Positions 24,701 to 39,700 of a stretch of DNA of 64,000 bases are shown in pieces; the stretch's first letter is position 1, and each line of letters begins with the position of its first letter. This DNA is from Lytechinus pictus. Taxonomy: Eukaryota. A program made the position numbers and the translations under genes. The notes under the pieces are model-generated. The model did not search any database. It saw only the letters and a list, made by a program, of their open reading frames with translations, and was not told the DNA's origin. The stretch is taken from contig NC_087250.1 in the NCBI RefSeq assembly GCF_037042905.1, positions 12,092,001 to 12,156,000 of the forward strand, read 5' to 3'.

Positions 24701-27700
24701 AGATTATAGGCTATATTTTGCCTTTTTGCTGAGTAGCATTGTGTTTTAAACCAATCAAATACATATTTCTATTCCATTTCAACTGTAACAGCTGTTTTAC
24801 AAATCAATCAAAACACCTTGCAAACTCCATTTGAAGCACTTACAAGAAAAGTTTTGTGGGTGGTTTTCACCTACTAATTTGCTCTCAGCCAGTCAGAAGG
24901 AAGGGCTTACAATATATGTCAATGAAAATCACTTTGTGAAATACCCCCCTGGACTCTCTTTCACCTTCCATTTTGCTGGGTTAAACTATGGAGTCAAAAA
25001 CTCATAAATTTAGACAACTTTCCAAATATTTATCATGAAATGTTTCCCCCTATGGGAATAAAATTCAGCTCCCAGTCCCAGACACTACAATCTGTCTGTG
25101 CTTAGTCTTCTCCCTCAGCCACAGTAGTTGCCCAGGAAGACGACACTTTTCTTTTATTGGCGGGGGGGGGGGTAGATTTTATTCTCTCTCTCTGGGGTAC
25201 TTTTTGCACTCACCATGCTCACCATTCTAAAGGAATCCCATGACTACCTTGTAGTGTTTTTGTTATTTTTTTTTGTTCCATGGTTCTTGGCTCTTTGGGG
25301 CTTAAAGGGGATTTTTTTTTTTTTGGGGGGGGGGGGGAATTAGCCCAAACCAATGTGTTTTTCCCCAGGGACGGTGAAACACAAAGAAGGTGGGATTTAT
25401 TGTTCTTTAAATTTATCCAACTCCTACACTGGTTCTGTGTTTAAATTATGGTCCTTTTTATTTCATATAATTTCATAAAATCATATTATCATTTCATGAT
25501 TTGATCATTAGACATCCAAGAAAAGTAGTAAAAATATATTCATAGAACCATTATCACCAGTACTGCCATTATTAGCAAATAGAGGGCAAAATACAATGTT
25601 TGTTGTGGTGGTAGTGGCCAGTGGGGGGGCAAGACAATTTTTGACTGGGCTGAAAAAAACCCATAACAACAACGAGGAACCGGATGAAGGGAGTCACTTC
25701 GCATAGTAGGGTCACTCGCCCCTCCCCCCCCCCCCCATACTATAACGATTAACACAAACCCATTTTCATGTTTTCTTGTAACATGAATAAACTTGAAACT
25801 TGTAACATGTAGGCCAAATGTGAGGTGACAGAGGGGGAGGGGGGCGGGAGATCATATAAGTTTGTGTGTGTGTGTGGGGGGGGATGTATTTCCCGATAGG
25901 GACCACCTGGCCAGCTCCAATAGGCAATGGACATTTACTAATGCCCTCTATATTAGATCCCATGGACATCTACTTGAACTTTGCAAAGGCTGATTTGATA
26001 ATCAGCTGGTATTTAGGTCTTGATACGTACTGGCGACCGTTGCATTAGTAGGTAATGCAATGAAAGTTATTGTACGGACTCGGTGGACATCGGGCAAGAC
26101 TCCGTAGGCCTATAATGCAGCAAGCTATTCCAGAATAGTCAATTGAATCTATCTATGCCATGGCAAGGGGCATTTTGTATGAAACTACATTTCTACAGAT
26201 GGTTAGGGCAACACCAGCCTTTTCCCTGATAGGGAAAGTAGGTAGACCAATTACCCCAAACCTATTAAGAAAGAGCAAACAAGAATGTCATTTTCCCCCA
26301 CCCCCTAAAATTGAGGACAAAAGTGAAAAAAGAGGAACCCCCCCCCCCTCAAAATAGAGGATGATACAGGCATGATATTCCCCTCTGAAAAAAAAAATCT
26401 GAAAAATAGCCAAGGGTAAGTCCTAGGCGCCCCTTTTGGAGTTACAAGCTCTTGTATTGTTATCAAAAGTGATTTTTCAAGGTGAGTCTGCATGACAGGG
26501 TTTTATCATTTGACTTTAAAAAGCAGTAAAACACAGCGTGAGAATGTTCCTTTTCACAAAAAAGCTGTATGCTAGAGCCACCTGGTTAGATCATGATACA
26601 TTATAAAACATATCAATTGTAATTATTTCTATTCAGTGGACCAGTCCAGTCGAACGGGGAAGGGGAATGCATCAAAAAGTTGTTAGGAATGATTTAAGTA
26701 AAAGAATTAAGTTTGTTCTGCTAGAATAGAGACTAAGAGGCTGTTCTCACTACGTTCCTAAAACTAGTTTACTGGAAACTAGTTTAGTGGAAACTAGTTT
26801 AACGCATAGTGAGAACGGTCGAAGCGGTCTTGGAAGTGATCTTCCAAACCAGTTTGGAAAATCACCTCGCGATGTAGTTTAACTGGTTTTAGCGTGAGGA
26901 CACAACCGTTCTTCGGGAAGCGATCTTAGCACATTTTGAGCGCGCTACTCCACACGACAGGTGTAGAATGCCTATGCTGCAGTTTCGAATTTCGCGCGAA
27001 ACGTGTCACCCCACTGAGAGCGTTTCCACAGCAGCAACAAGAGCGCTTTACATAAAGTGATTTGAAAACCACTTTCCTGTGATCAAGTGGGAACGCTAGC
27101 AAAGCGATCTTCCAAAGTGGTTTCCTGAATCGGTTTCCAGTAAACTAGTTTTAAAAAGCATAATGAGAACGGCCTCATAGAAAGTTCAAAGACCAGCAAA
27201 CCATGATTTTTTTGTTTCCAAGCACAGAAACGTGATGAGGTGAGAGATCACCGTCAGTTCTATCAGGGGGCCTATGATATAATAATCAGGGATGGATTGC
27301 AGTGTATAAATGTCTGCCTGATAAACACATACTGTAAAAACTGTGGTGTTAAAACTGACACCAGTTGGTGTTAATAGAGGACCACACCCCGAGGTGTTAA
27401 CATTACACCCTAGAGATTGAACATAACACCAAAGAGTGTAAATGTAACAACCAAAGGTGTTGTAATAACACCTATAGGTGTTAAACCATGGACCTATTTC
27501 GTAATAGGTCCATGGTTAAACTAACACCATCAATTTAACACTGGAGTAAAATAACTGGTGTGGTCCTCTATGTACACCTGTTAACACCACAGTTTTTGCT
27601 GTGCATCTAGGCAGATGAGCCCAAGCATATAGAAGTTTCCGTAAAACGATTCATTTTCATTGAATTTTAAAGAACATCATTTTTTTTACTTGTTAGCTTC

Positions 27701-30700
27701 ATACTCCTACCTTCCTTCGACCATGGAGCTATGATAGCTCCATGCTTTGACCAAGATACTCTTTTCCAGGAGTATCTTGGTTGTCAGTCGGAGTAACTCT
27801 GTCAAGACAGGCACTACTCCGACCTTTCCTCCGACCAATCCTCTGACCAAAACAGCCTACATCTTGGTAGTGATAAGATGAATATCTTTGCAATCTTAAT
27901 CCATGAATAGTAAAAATTTTACTGAAACCAGGAACCCGCGTCTGAAGGAGGCTATTACGTCCAAAGCAGCACTTGGCATGTTTGACTTAAAAAGCTCTCA
28001 TGAGGCATGAATAGTGTTACTCAATTAAAATCTTTTACTAGCTTTACATATATCATGTTTTTATTCCATCAAAGTGACTGGCATTAAAGTCTACACCTTT
28101 TGCTACACTCATGTCCGTGACCATGACCTCCGACCTTCATGGGAGGAGGTATCTTGGCTCCAGGGAGCTGGTTGCTATGGTAACAAGATGGAAGGAAAAG
28201 GTTCTTCCTATTTTCATGCCTAGAGGTAGCAATAAAAACACCAATAATGGAAAGAAGATCGAGTTGAATTTAAGCAGGTGGATTGCCAGTTGGTCTAATA
28301 CCACTTGGTCTAATATGATTCAAGGAGGATTGAGGTCCCATTTAAAAAAAAATTGTGATTATAACAAAAGCACGATTTAAATATGTTTACCAGCCAATCA
28401 AATTGAATAATTTCAGTAGCCTCATATGGGGGTGAATTGCCATTTGGTCTAATATATATTTCTGGCAATGATTGAAAGAGGAGTAGAGGACTGAGCTGAA
28501 GTTTAAAGATAAATGCCAAAAGTTGTAAAGATCCCAAAATGAGTTCGAACAGAATCCAATAAAATGATAATGTGCCAAATAGCTCTGGAAAAAAGGGTAA
28601 TTGCTGAGGAATGAGCAATATGGTCACAGAATTCCATCAAATGTTGGGTATTTTTCCAAGCAGTATCAATATACCGTCCCATATGTGCTTTTGTTTAAGT
28701 GATCATCACAATTATCTGTTTTCAGAAGATTTCATAATTTCACAAAGATAAGTTTTATACTAATGTACCAGATCTAGATCTATGATTATACGGTGACATT
28801 TAATCTTGATTTAAAATACTTTCTCATGTAATAAATATTTTCAACTACTCAGGTGGATTGCTATTTGGTTTAATACCACTTCAGTCCCTCATTTCTGCTA
28901 AAGCCTAAAACCTTACAAGCATGTCAGAAAATTGTTTTTAGGATGGCTGAGAGTAAAACTCTATTTTATTTAAATTGCCAGGAGAAAGATAAAGGAGAGA
29001 GAGAGAGAGAGTGTTCTCTCTTCTGAGAATGAAGTTGCCATCAAAACTTGTAAGATACAGCCAACAGACTGGATGAAATCTAATTTCTATGTATTAGAAC
29101 CAAGTTATAAATATAATTGAAACAGACCTATTCAAGGCAAGATCTAGAAATGTCTGTTCAAATTACTATTATTTGATTATTTTTCCAGTAAATGCATCCT
29201 TGATTCCTTGATACTATGAAAAGTGCAACAGATAGCTTCAAACAAGGTCGGGGAATAGACCAAACTGATACTCATTCCTTCATCCATTCATTCATTCACT
29301 CAACCTCTTCTTCATTCAATCATTTTCAAGCATAATGAGCACATTCATACATTGCCCTTCAAAAGGAAAACTATTTTTCACTGATTGTTCAGTGAATCAA
29401 AGACTGTATGCAGGCAGGTGATAAACTTTGTTACACGCAGAATATTGCAAGCAAATCAATAAATTTGAAAATGGTCATAAATAGAGTTCCATTTCTTTCT
29501 CATTGTTATCATCATTATCATTTCATTATTCATTCACACAAAATCTCATCATTTCATTTTATTCACTCACTCCATCTATACTTGTTCATTCATTCATACA
29601 TTTCAACACTTCTGTCATCCCAGCTCCCCCCCCCCAAAAAAAAAAAAATTGGAAAAAAAGTCTATACCCTCTATACCCTCAAAGGCTCAATGTTCAACCA
29701 TGCAGTATTCAGAAAAAAAGAGCTCAAGTTCAAATTATCTAGAGTATGAGAAAATGGTGAGGAGAGGGAAAAAGTGAATAGCTCTGACTAAAATAAAGTG
29801 GAAGGACCAAGGCTTAGTCTGTAGTCACAGACCTTTGGTGTTCGCAATTTGTATGGTGCATAATGCAGAGTCTGGAGAATGAGACTAGACTCACTATGTA
29901 ATGTGGCAGCCTCTTTTTTGACACAGAGAGTTTGAAGTCTAGTCTTCACTCTAGACATGATATAATTGGTTATTAAGTGTCACAAGAGTCTGAACTTGAA
30001 GACTAACCAATGCCAGTGATAAAAATCAAGTACAAAGTCAATCTCATCTCAATCCTCCTAAAGCCACGTAGCACAGCACTCCAGAAAGTTCTTGATGTTT
30101 TGGAGGTAGTTGAACCTTCAAGGTTCCTTGAAGGCTCCTGGAATCTCATCCTTGTTATCAAACATTGGTTTTTTTTTTAGACAAGTTATGGGAAAGTAAA
30201 CGCATATTGAATTACCAACTACTACATGCTTCTAGATGACCAACAAGTTTCTGTGCCTATAATGATTCTAGTAGAAGGGATTATGGGTAATTAGTCGAAG
30301 TTCATTACAATATCATAATCCTTTATTATTGTTATTATTATGACCATTGTCATAATTGTTACTATCAAGCACAGTAGAGTATATGCATTTTCAGTAGCTG
30401 CACTATGTAAATGGACGATACAATTATTATGATTATTATAATCATAATCTACACTGTATGGATAAACTGCGCTTGCAAAGATAATCTGATGACTATAAAG
30501 TCCAATTCTCTTGAGATATTCTCTACCACATCTTGGATATGTAGGCCCTATGTCTTTCTTTTTTTCTTCCCCTTTCCCTTTTCTAAAAATTTATCATAAT
30601 CATCCAATATCATTATAAATATCATGACAACTGTTGAAATAATAAAAACCCTTACTTTTTGTTGTGTAGACAAAGCATATAACAATTATTTTCAATTAAA

Positions 30701-33700
30701 CACATCTGTACATATACTTATTCCACAAGAAATGCTCAATATCCATACCCCACAGTGCAATACTTCTCTCTTCTAAATCTATCAAAACCCAGTCATTTGG
30801 AATTCAATCCCTTTTCATATTCAATTAAGCCCTTTGTTATCTGTTTTTAAAAGAAAACACAAAACATTTTTGTTATTAAATTCATAGATTTGATTTCTTT
30901 CTGATTCTCTCTCTCTCTCCATCTCATCCGGTTTAGTTTTAGGTGTAGGTCTTTTTTTTTTTTTGGGGGGGGGGTAACCTGTAACCATGATTTTATGTTT
31001 TTTTTTATGTTTAAGTTCCGTTTTGTGATGGGTTGGCCTATCACAAGGTATCTTCCTTTTTTGGCCATTTCCCTCCTCATTTTCTGTAACTTATTTGATG
31101 TACAATTGTACATCGTTATTTTACACATTTGTATTCATTGTCTATTCCATGTATTATGTATTTCATCTGATCTCTTGAGAAGAAATAAACCAAACTTGAA
31201 AATTGAAACAAACTAAAAGACACTTGTCGAACACAAGAGGAGAAAAACTGGAAGAAATCTATAATTGAAACAATGAAACACCCTTTTCTGCATCTTTTTC
31301 AAAATTGGGAAGGAGGGACAGAGGAGGGTGAAAAGATGCAATAGAGGTCAGAGTTCATCGAAGGTTGACATCTTATGGGACTTCTATTCAGAACTAGACT
31401 AATTTGGTCCATCTGTCCACCTTCCTATGGTCTATACTAATAGCCATATGGACTGACATAAATAGGCCTTTATGGTGCATTCATACCCACTCAAAAAAAA
31501 TCCTGGTATTTTCTGATGATGAAAACTACCCAAAACGACCCAGGCCTCTATCAGAAAACACCAAGGCCCACATTCACAGATGGTTTTGAAAACCAACAGT
31601 TGAACCCATGATTTATGGAAATTTCCTGAATAAATAATGCTTAGGCCTTAAATACTGTGTAAAATAAAAGCTATAATGCTGATGAGCATTTTCGACACAG
31701 TGCGCTATGTTGCTATGGTTGAGTACGCTATTTTATTCATGAGTCCACTGTTTTGAACAGTGGACTCATTAATTCGAAACAGTTTGGAACACACGTGGTA
31801 AAGGTGTAAATTATACAGGAAATCTGTATAAACCATGGATTCAACTCAAAACCACCTTTGTACATTCTGGCCTCAGTAGTTTTGCCAGAGTGAAAGCAAA
31901 TTTATCATATTCTAAACAGAAAAAACCTGGTAATTAGTCCATTTTTGTAAATATGCAATTAATTTCTCATCAGCCCTACAGGCCTATATAGGCCCTTCCA
32001 TATGGGAATTCTTCAAGATCCTACTTTTCAACAAAAAGTTGTTATGACTAGGAAGAACGTTTGTTATGCTATCAGTGGACACTGGTCAGAAACATGTATT
32101 TCATATTCAATTTTGTATCTTTTTTTCTAAAGAAATCAATGTATATAGTAATTTATAAGTGAAATTACTGATTGATTAATTTACTAAAATAAGGCATATA
32201 CAAAATAAATGATAGATGGGTATTTATTAGATAAATAAAATCAAAGAAAATCAAGAAAATAATGAAATAGAACAAACAAAATTGACAGATGAGATAAACC
32301 ATGAATTCAGAATCATACCAATACCTGGCCAAAAATATCAAAGTATTTACTCTGTATACTGTATAGTATAACAAACAGTATATGAGGCCGTTCTCATTAC
32401 GCTTTCTAAAACTAGTTTACTGGAAACTAGTTTAGTGGAAACTAGTTTAACGCGTAGTGAGAACAGTCGAAGCGGTCTTGGAAGCGATCTTCCAAACCAG
32501 TTTGGAAAACCACCTCGCGATGTAGTTTTCAAGATCGCTCTGCCTCGTTAAACTGGTTTTAGCGTAAGTGGGGACACAACCGTTCTTTGGGAAGCGATCT
32601 TCGCACATTTTGAGCGGGTACTCCACGCGACAGGTGTAGAATGCCCATGCTGCGGTTTCGAATTTCGCGCGAAACGTGTCACCCCACTGAGTATTTCCAT
32701 AGCAACAAGAGAGCTTTACGTGAAGTGATTTTGAAAACCACTTTCGTGTGATCAAGTGGGAACACTAGCAAAGCGATCTTCCAAACTGGTTTCCTGAATC
32801 GGTTTCCAGTAAACTAGTTTTAGGAAGCATAATGAGAACGGCCTCTATGTCATTCTCTTCTCCCTGTCCTAAGGTATAAGGTTCAAGGAGAATACGGCGC
32901 CAAGGACATAAACACTTTGCCCAAATAGTGACAAGGAAATCGACTGGGCGGAACCAAAATTACTTTTCCATATTTCCTTTAGACTTATGTGACTATTGGA
33001 CAGCGCAAGGGGGGAATTGTGTGCCCTCTCAAAATGTTGCAATTTGCAAATGACAAAAACGGGTGTAGACTATATGGAGATAAGAAAGGAAAAATGGTTT
33101 GAAAAATAATGATAACAATGATACAAGAGCATCCCAGGCTGAAATTGACACAATTCAGATGAATGGTGCGAGATTAAAGAAACATATCCTGAAAATTAAT
33201 CAAAGTACATGTAGAATGAAAAAAATTCTCATGAAATAATTGTTTGCTGCGACTACTTTCTTTTACCTTCAATTCCGGTACAGTAATATCACAAATTTCC
33301 CCAACCAGACAGAATGATACCAATATTATTTTTCCCGAAAAAATAAAAATTGAGTAATACATTTTGACAAACTTAAAACTCAGATTTACAAAGTAAGCTG
33401 AAAGGATATATTTTGTCATTGTAATGTGGAGCAGTCATGTTAAACATGAAAATTGAAAAGAGACCTATATCATGACAACTCTTCACATTAGATAATCATA
33501 AATCAATGTCCATGCCGTGGTAGCACGCAAATAGTAGGATGGGAGAGGGGGGTGGGAGGGGTGTCCGGACACTTCAAAATTTTGAAGCCATCTTTTTTGG
33601 CTTTGGGTTATAAAAAATATGAATTCAGTATTTGTAATCTTCTTCAATTTTGTTCTCTATAATATTGCCTAACACTTTGTACTAAAAAGTGATGAAACAT

Positions 33701-36700
33701 TTATCGTTAGCTCTTACAAATGGCTGTTGAAAACTGCTTGTCCAAAATACACAACAACTGGGTATTCATGGTGCATCCCTATTGGACTTGTAAAGTTAAA
33801 GGGGGTGTCCCCCCCCCAAAAAAAAAAAAAAAAGTTGGTTTCAATAAATAGAAACAAATCAAACTAGTACTAGCTAGTTTGATGCTGAAAATTTCATCTA
33901 AATCTTCTTTTGTGGAATATATGGACAATGATATAGGCCTAAGCCTCCAGAAATGCAACGCATTAAAACAAAAGGAAATGGAATATATAGGCCTAGGCCA
34001 ACCTTATTTACTTTCCACTGAAATAAATACACCAGCCCCATGCCCAATATTTCCTGGTATAATTTGTAGAGTAGGCAGAGAATTCAAATGGTATCAAAGA
34101 CCCCGTTCTCATTACAACCCTTAAACTAGTTTACTGGGAACTAGTTTGAAAACCACTTTCGGCTGATCAAATGGTAACGCTAGCAAAGCGATCTTCCAAA
34201 CTGGTTTTCTGAACCGATTTCCAGTAAACTAGATTTAGAAAGTATATTGAGAGCGCTGGTGTCGTTGTCCATCCCTCCCGCCCTCCTACCTTCCCAGGCA
34301 GCATCCCTCCATCCCTCGCACCATCTGGTTTGGGGATTAAAAATCAGGCCAACATAACAAACTGGTCAGACAGATATCAGGGAAGCTTTCATGACATAGT
34401 TTTGTCAGTGATTTTTCATCAACTACTCTGCCCCCAGCCAATCAGGTGCAAGGATTCACAATAGCTTATAACAATAGTCATTGGAAACCATCCACTATTT
34501 TTTTGTGAAATGCACCCCAGGAATATTGGAGGAGAGGGATACTATCTAAACTAAAATGCTTGAACTACATAAATCTGGTTTGATGAATGGTAATTGATGC
34601 ACGTATATAGGGGCCTATATAAAAAAATGTTCAGAAAATAACCCCCAAATCTGCTTTCTGTACCATCTGTTAGAACAAAGAATAGATTAAAAGTGTATTA
34701 TAGACCTTCGTGTATGATGTCATGAGTATTAAGCTAATACTGTGATTTTTTGTTTGTTTTTATTTGCATTTTTTTACTACTAGTATATAATATGTAGAGC
34801 AGATAGGCCTTGGCCTTAAAGCAATTCAATATGTGTAGGATGGTTATTTTGTCATTTTCCTATTTTCTTTATTTTCTTTAGTAAACTTGTTTTCTTCAGC
34901 TGTTTTACATTTCTGTTCCATCTAGACTTGAGTTCATTTGCATTTCTTTTCAGCACTGCCCTTGCAGTCTGAGCTTAGGTTATTGAGTTTAAATATATTC
35001 AGTTTTCATTCATTTTTCTCCACATTGGATTCTTTTCCTCTGATTCTCTTTTGTCATCTTCATTCCTTCTCTATTCAGGTGTTCCACTCATTCCATCCCT
35101 CACCTGACTCCTTAGTTTCTACTTCCATTATTACATAATCACCCAGACATCTTTTATCACCTTCATCTTATTCTTCATTGGTTTATATTATGAATTGGAT
35201 TACTACATTTTAGTTGGGCTCTCCTATTTCCTTTAATTTCATTGGTTGGATTGATTTAATTAATAAACACACACTCGCACAGACACGACACCAGATTTCT
35301 TTAACTTCAGTTTAATTTCTTTGCGTCTCCTAGTTTCACTTATTTCACCTTTGGTTTGATGATTGATTGACTCGAGCTACAACTAAGGAACTTTATTATT
35401 TTTCAGCCTTAAATAATCTTATAATTCTCAACCCTACAATAGCAAAAATTGCTAGATGTGACATGAGGGGGGGGGTTCTGATTTTTGGAAACTTGGTTCC
35501 AAGAGAAGTGTGAGGAGTGAAAGAAAATATACATATCACATCATCATGTGCCGTGTTATTATGATAGTCGGCAAAAACCAAATTTATGGGGTTGTCAGAG
35601 AAATAATCCCCCTCCTCGAACATAAAAATAATCAAACACGAATATCAAAGTAACATTTATTTTTTGGTTATAAAATGATCTCAAGCAGAGACTGGGGATG
35701 TTTAGATTCCATTCTTTCCTAGAAAAAAAAATACATAAAGGCCTATTTTACGAGTTTGCAAATTTGATGACAGTTGTGCTGGGTCCCGTCACACAAAGGT
35801 TAGCGATTAATCGTACGGATGATTTTTACGACTAATTATACATTGTAATCAATGCAATCAATTGTTAAAAATATCAACGATGATTGCTAAGCTTTGTGTT
35901 ACGGGCCTCTGATGAGGAAATTGAGAAGGAAATATTTGTTGATATCAAGGATTTCCAATTGTCTGCGAATACTAAACCTAACTTGTCACTGCAACATCCT
36001 GTCATTAAAATAAAATTCTATGGATTTGTGGAGGTGTTAATCTCTTTGTTCCAGTTACACAGTAACGCTTCCTGCAGACAAAGCATAAACAACTTTAAAG
36101 GGATGAATTGACTTTGAAAAAAGGTATTTTCATCACAACTTCTGCAATATTTTTCAGTTTTTATTATTTAAAACCAAAAAATATACCAGCATGGTGAACT
36201 TCCCATTTGACATTAAAAAATCAAATGTTCTCAGTATTCATGGCAGAATTGCGTTCCTAAACAGACACTTATGACATGTATTTCCCCCATTGGATATTTT
36301 CACTTGGGATTCTCACCACACGTTTAAGCCCACATAAACCTGCAAATTTCATATAATTGCACAAGATTTCATCTCTACATTTATCAAAACAGCTGGATAT
36401 CTATTTAATATAGATTAGTCTACAAGCACAGACTCAAATTTTACACTTTATAACAAACTATAATTGTCCAGGGAGGAAACAAGACTGCAGGCACAGACTC
36501 AAATTTTCACTTTAACACATTATTGTCTAGGGTGGATACTCACTCCAAATCCTCCGTCATAAAAATTTTACACTTGAATGGTAGTCCATACAATGAAAAA
36601 AAAACAGCAACAAGGTGTCAAATAAGTAGCCAAAATACATGGATGAGTCTAGACTATATATTCAGACTCTGCATTTATGCACTTTCCTGCCTACAATCAA

Positions 36701-39700
36701 GATTTGTCCACAGGGGGTCATGGTCACCCTCAATGCAAACTGAAGTCTTGTATGCAGACTAGGTGTACTATAACAGGTTTGAGTGCAACAGGTTGATGGA
36801 CTTCCTAATTGTTTCCATGGTAACGGCAAGTGGGGAAATTGACTTCTGATGTTTCTGGTCACCCTACCAGGAAGCATTTGAAGGTCAAATATCCTTGTAA
36901 ATGATACCTTAGGAAGGTTCACACGAATGGGCTATCCACTTTAACTTTAAATTGGTCCTTTGGACTTCATTTGATTATAGTTTACGACTTGATTTCACAA
37001 GCAAGGATGCCTTATTTTGACCCCGAAAAGTTAGTTAACCAAGTGCTACAAAGGCATGACTGGAGTGTACAGGGAGCAACTGCTTCCACTATTTGTAGTC
37101 TTCCATATCATTGTATCGTTGACATTTTGCAGAACGGGATGCCAAAAGTATATGCTGCGTCTTCCAACAGGAATCCAGCCATAATGATGCAATGTGTATG
37201 CAGCTTTTCATTGCAGCCAATCCTGCATTCCCCAGTATGATGAAACGAGGATTTGTATAAATCAAAAGCTGCTTGCGGGATTCCTGAGGGGAAATCCTGC
37301 GGGACTGGCTTTTGCCAAGGTGTATTTGCTTCACTGATAGCAAAGAATTAGCAAAAAAATGGCAATGAGGAAATCACTTTGCTAGTTTCCTAGTAGTTTT
37401 CATTCAAATATAATAACAAATGAATATTGAAATAAACTAAAAGGCAATCTCATGTAAACTGAGCTTCCTTGGGACTGATCAAGGGCAAAAACCCTGCAGA
37501 TGACAGATTAAATCTAGCATGATTGCAGAAGTAGTGGACTTTGATACTGTCAATGAAACCACAGGGTCATTTCCACCCTAACTGATGAAAGTTCTCTATT
37601 TCCCAATTGTAGCCGTCCCGAACTTAATTAATACAGCCAGGAAATTTCATCAGATTCTGGGAAAATTTGGAGTTATGTACATACAGTACAGGATGACCTA
37701 CCGTGGTCATGAGTCAGTACAGCGAATGGTAGGCAGGAGTGTTTCTTATGGTACAAGATTTCACACGACTTGATAAAAAACAATGCTCTATTCAACAGGC
37801 ATAGCCAAGTTGAACAGGGTGTCTTTCTTTAATTCACCGAATGCAAAATGTCATGCAATTGCTAGGATAAGAATATTATTAATTTTTTGTCTTCTACAAC
37901 ACCTCAGATGTTAGCGAAAATATGACCACTAATTATTTTTCCCCGTTAATCTATGGAAAGAGGAAAGAATTATTGAAAGTAAACGGCAAAGTCCTTCATG
38001 CGTGCATCATCGGCAGCAGCAGTGCGCATTTTGCCAGTAAGCCCTACGCACATTGTACTTGCATTAAGAGCGCCATGAATTGTGACGTCACCTACTAGCT
38101 GTGCGACGGTACTTTTTGCACGGTATGTGTGCAACGGTACAAATGTTGAACATTCAGCCTTCCATTTGCCCACGTACAGTACAAGCTATGACAGCAGACT
38201 GTGTACGATCACATCTTAAATAGATTTACTATCAAAGTTGCTCTGTGTTAAAATCATAGCGATATCAACAAAGAATTAACCCTTTAGTTAATATCCACCG
38301 TAGAAACAGGTCAAATGCACGAAAGCAATTACAAAATCAATACAACTATCCCAAGGTCAGGTGACCTATCAGGCAACAGGTCAGGTGACCGATTAGGCTG
38401 CCAGTCAGGTGACTAGATATTGCCCATTTGACTTCGCTGCATTTTGCACTTGAATTAGGAAAGTTTGACCCACAAGTGCAACAGAGCTTGATTAATATGA
38501 CAATCAGGGCAAAGCCCTTTTGCAGGTTTGCCCTTTAAAAAATATAACCTACATAGTTGAAAAAAATAGACCTATAACTATGGGGAAAATATCAATGTAG
38601 CCCCCCCCCCCCCAATGTTCCTTTTTTTTTGGAAAACTTTCAAATTGTGTTTGTGCCCCATAGCCCAAAGGTTATAAAACAAATAAAGGAGGAGCTGCAA
38701 ATCAGTGAAAAATGGAACCTTTAGAAGTAGAAGTGTAGGATCTCACAACATTGGCTTCCCTTGGCCAGGCATTAATCTACATCTGCCACTCTAAACCCAG
38801 GCAAAGTAAATGAAGATGTTTAGGCTCTACTGGAATCCACTAAATCTCAGAGTAGCATTGTGTGTTTTGGAAGAACTTTACAAATCCAGTTTTTCGACGA
38901 GAACAAGCATTTTAAATAAAATAAAACCTTAATCAAACCAACTTGATCTCAAATCCAGAAAGCTATGTGTTGGCCCGAACTTCAGGCAAGTTTCACCAGA
39001 GTTCCACCAGAACAGACATGAATAGTTTATACTACAAATCTGCCTTGGAAATCACCCAAAAAATCAGATAGATATTGGGTGGAATCTCTGTGATATAATT
39101 ATGCATGATGTACTACCGTACATACAGACAATTATCAAACCAGCATTGCTAGCATTTTGAGGGAAATAGACTATTTAGTACATGTATAAAATGGGTTGAA
39201 AACTCAGAATAAAATTTAAAGACACAGGCCTCCTGCCATTCACTGGCAGTGGAATTCAATTCCAAATCATCATCAAATCCTTTCAGAAAAGTTAAAATAT
39301 CAATGAAATTAAGGATTTGTTGAAAATAATCAACAACAAAAATACTTTTAAAAGGATAAGGAACACAAATCCCTAATTATTTCTTCCTTTATGAGGAAAT
39401 TGACAGGTCGAATGAGAAAAGATGAGAAAAGACGCTACTGAGAGACATAAAGTAAGTTAGCACCAAAGTAAATTGTTAACAAAACAAAACAGATGTTGTT
39501 TACAAAACAAAACAGCTGTTTATTCCAGCAGTAGCACACAAAATGAGTAGACCCAAACAATTTTAACTTTTTTGGGGTGGCAAGGGGGCAGAAAGGCAAT
39601 TTATTTAATATTTTTAATGGGATGGGAGAAAATAAAAAGGATATAAAAAAATAATAATAATAAATAAGAATAAAAAAATGTTGAAATTCATTCTCCTGAA

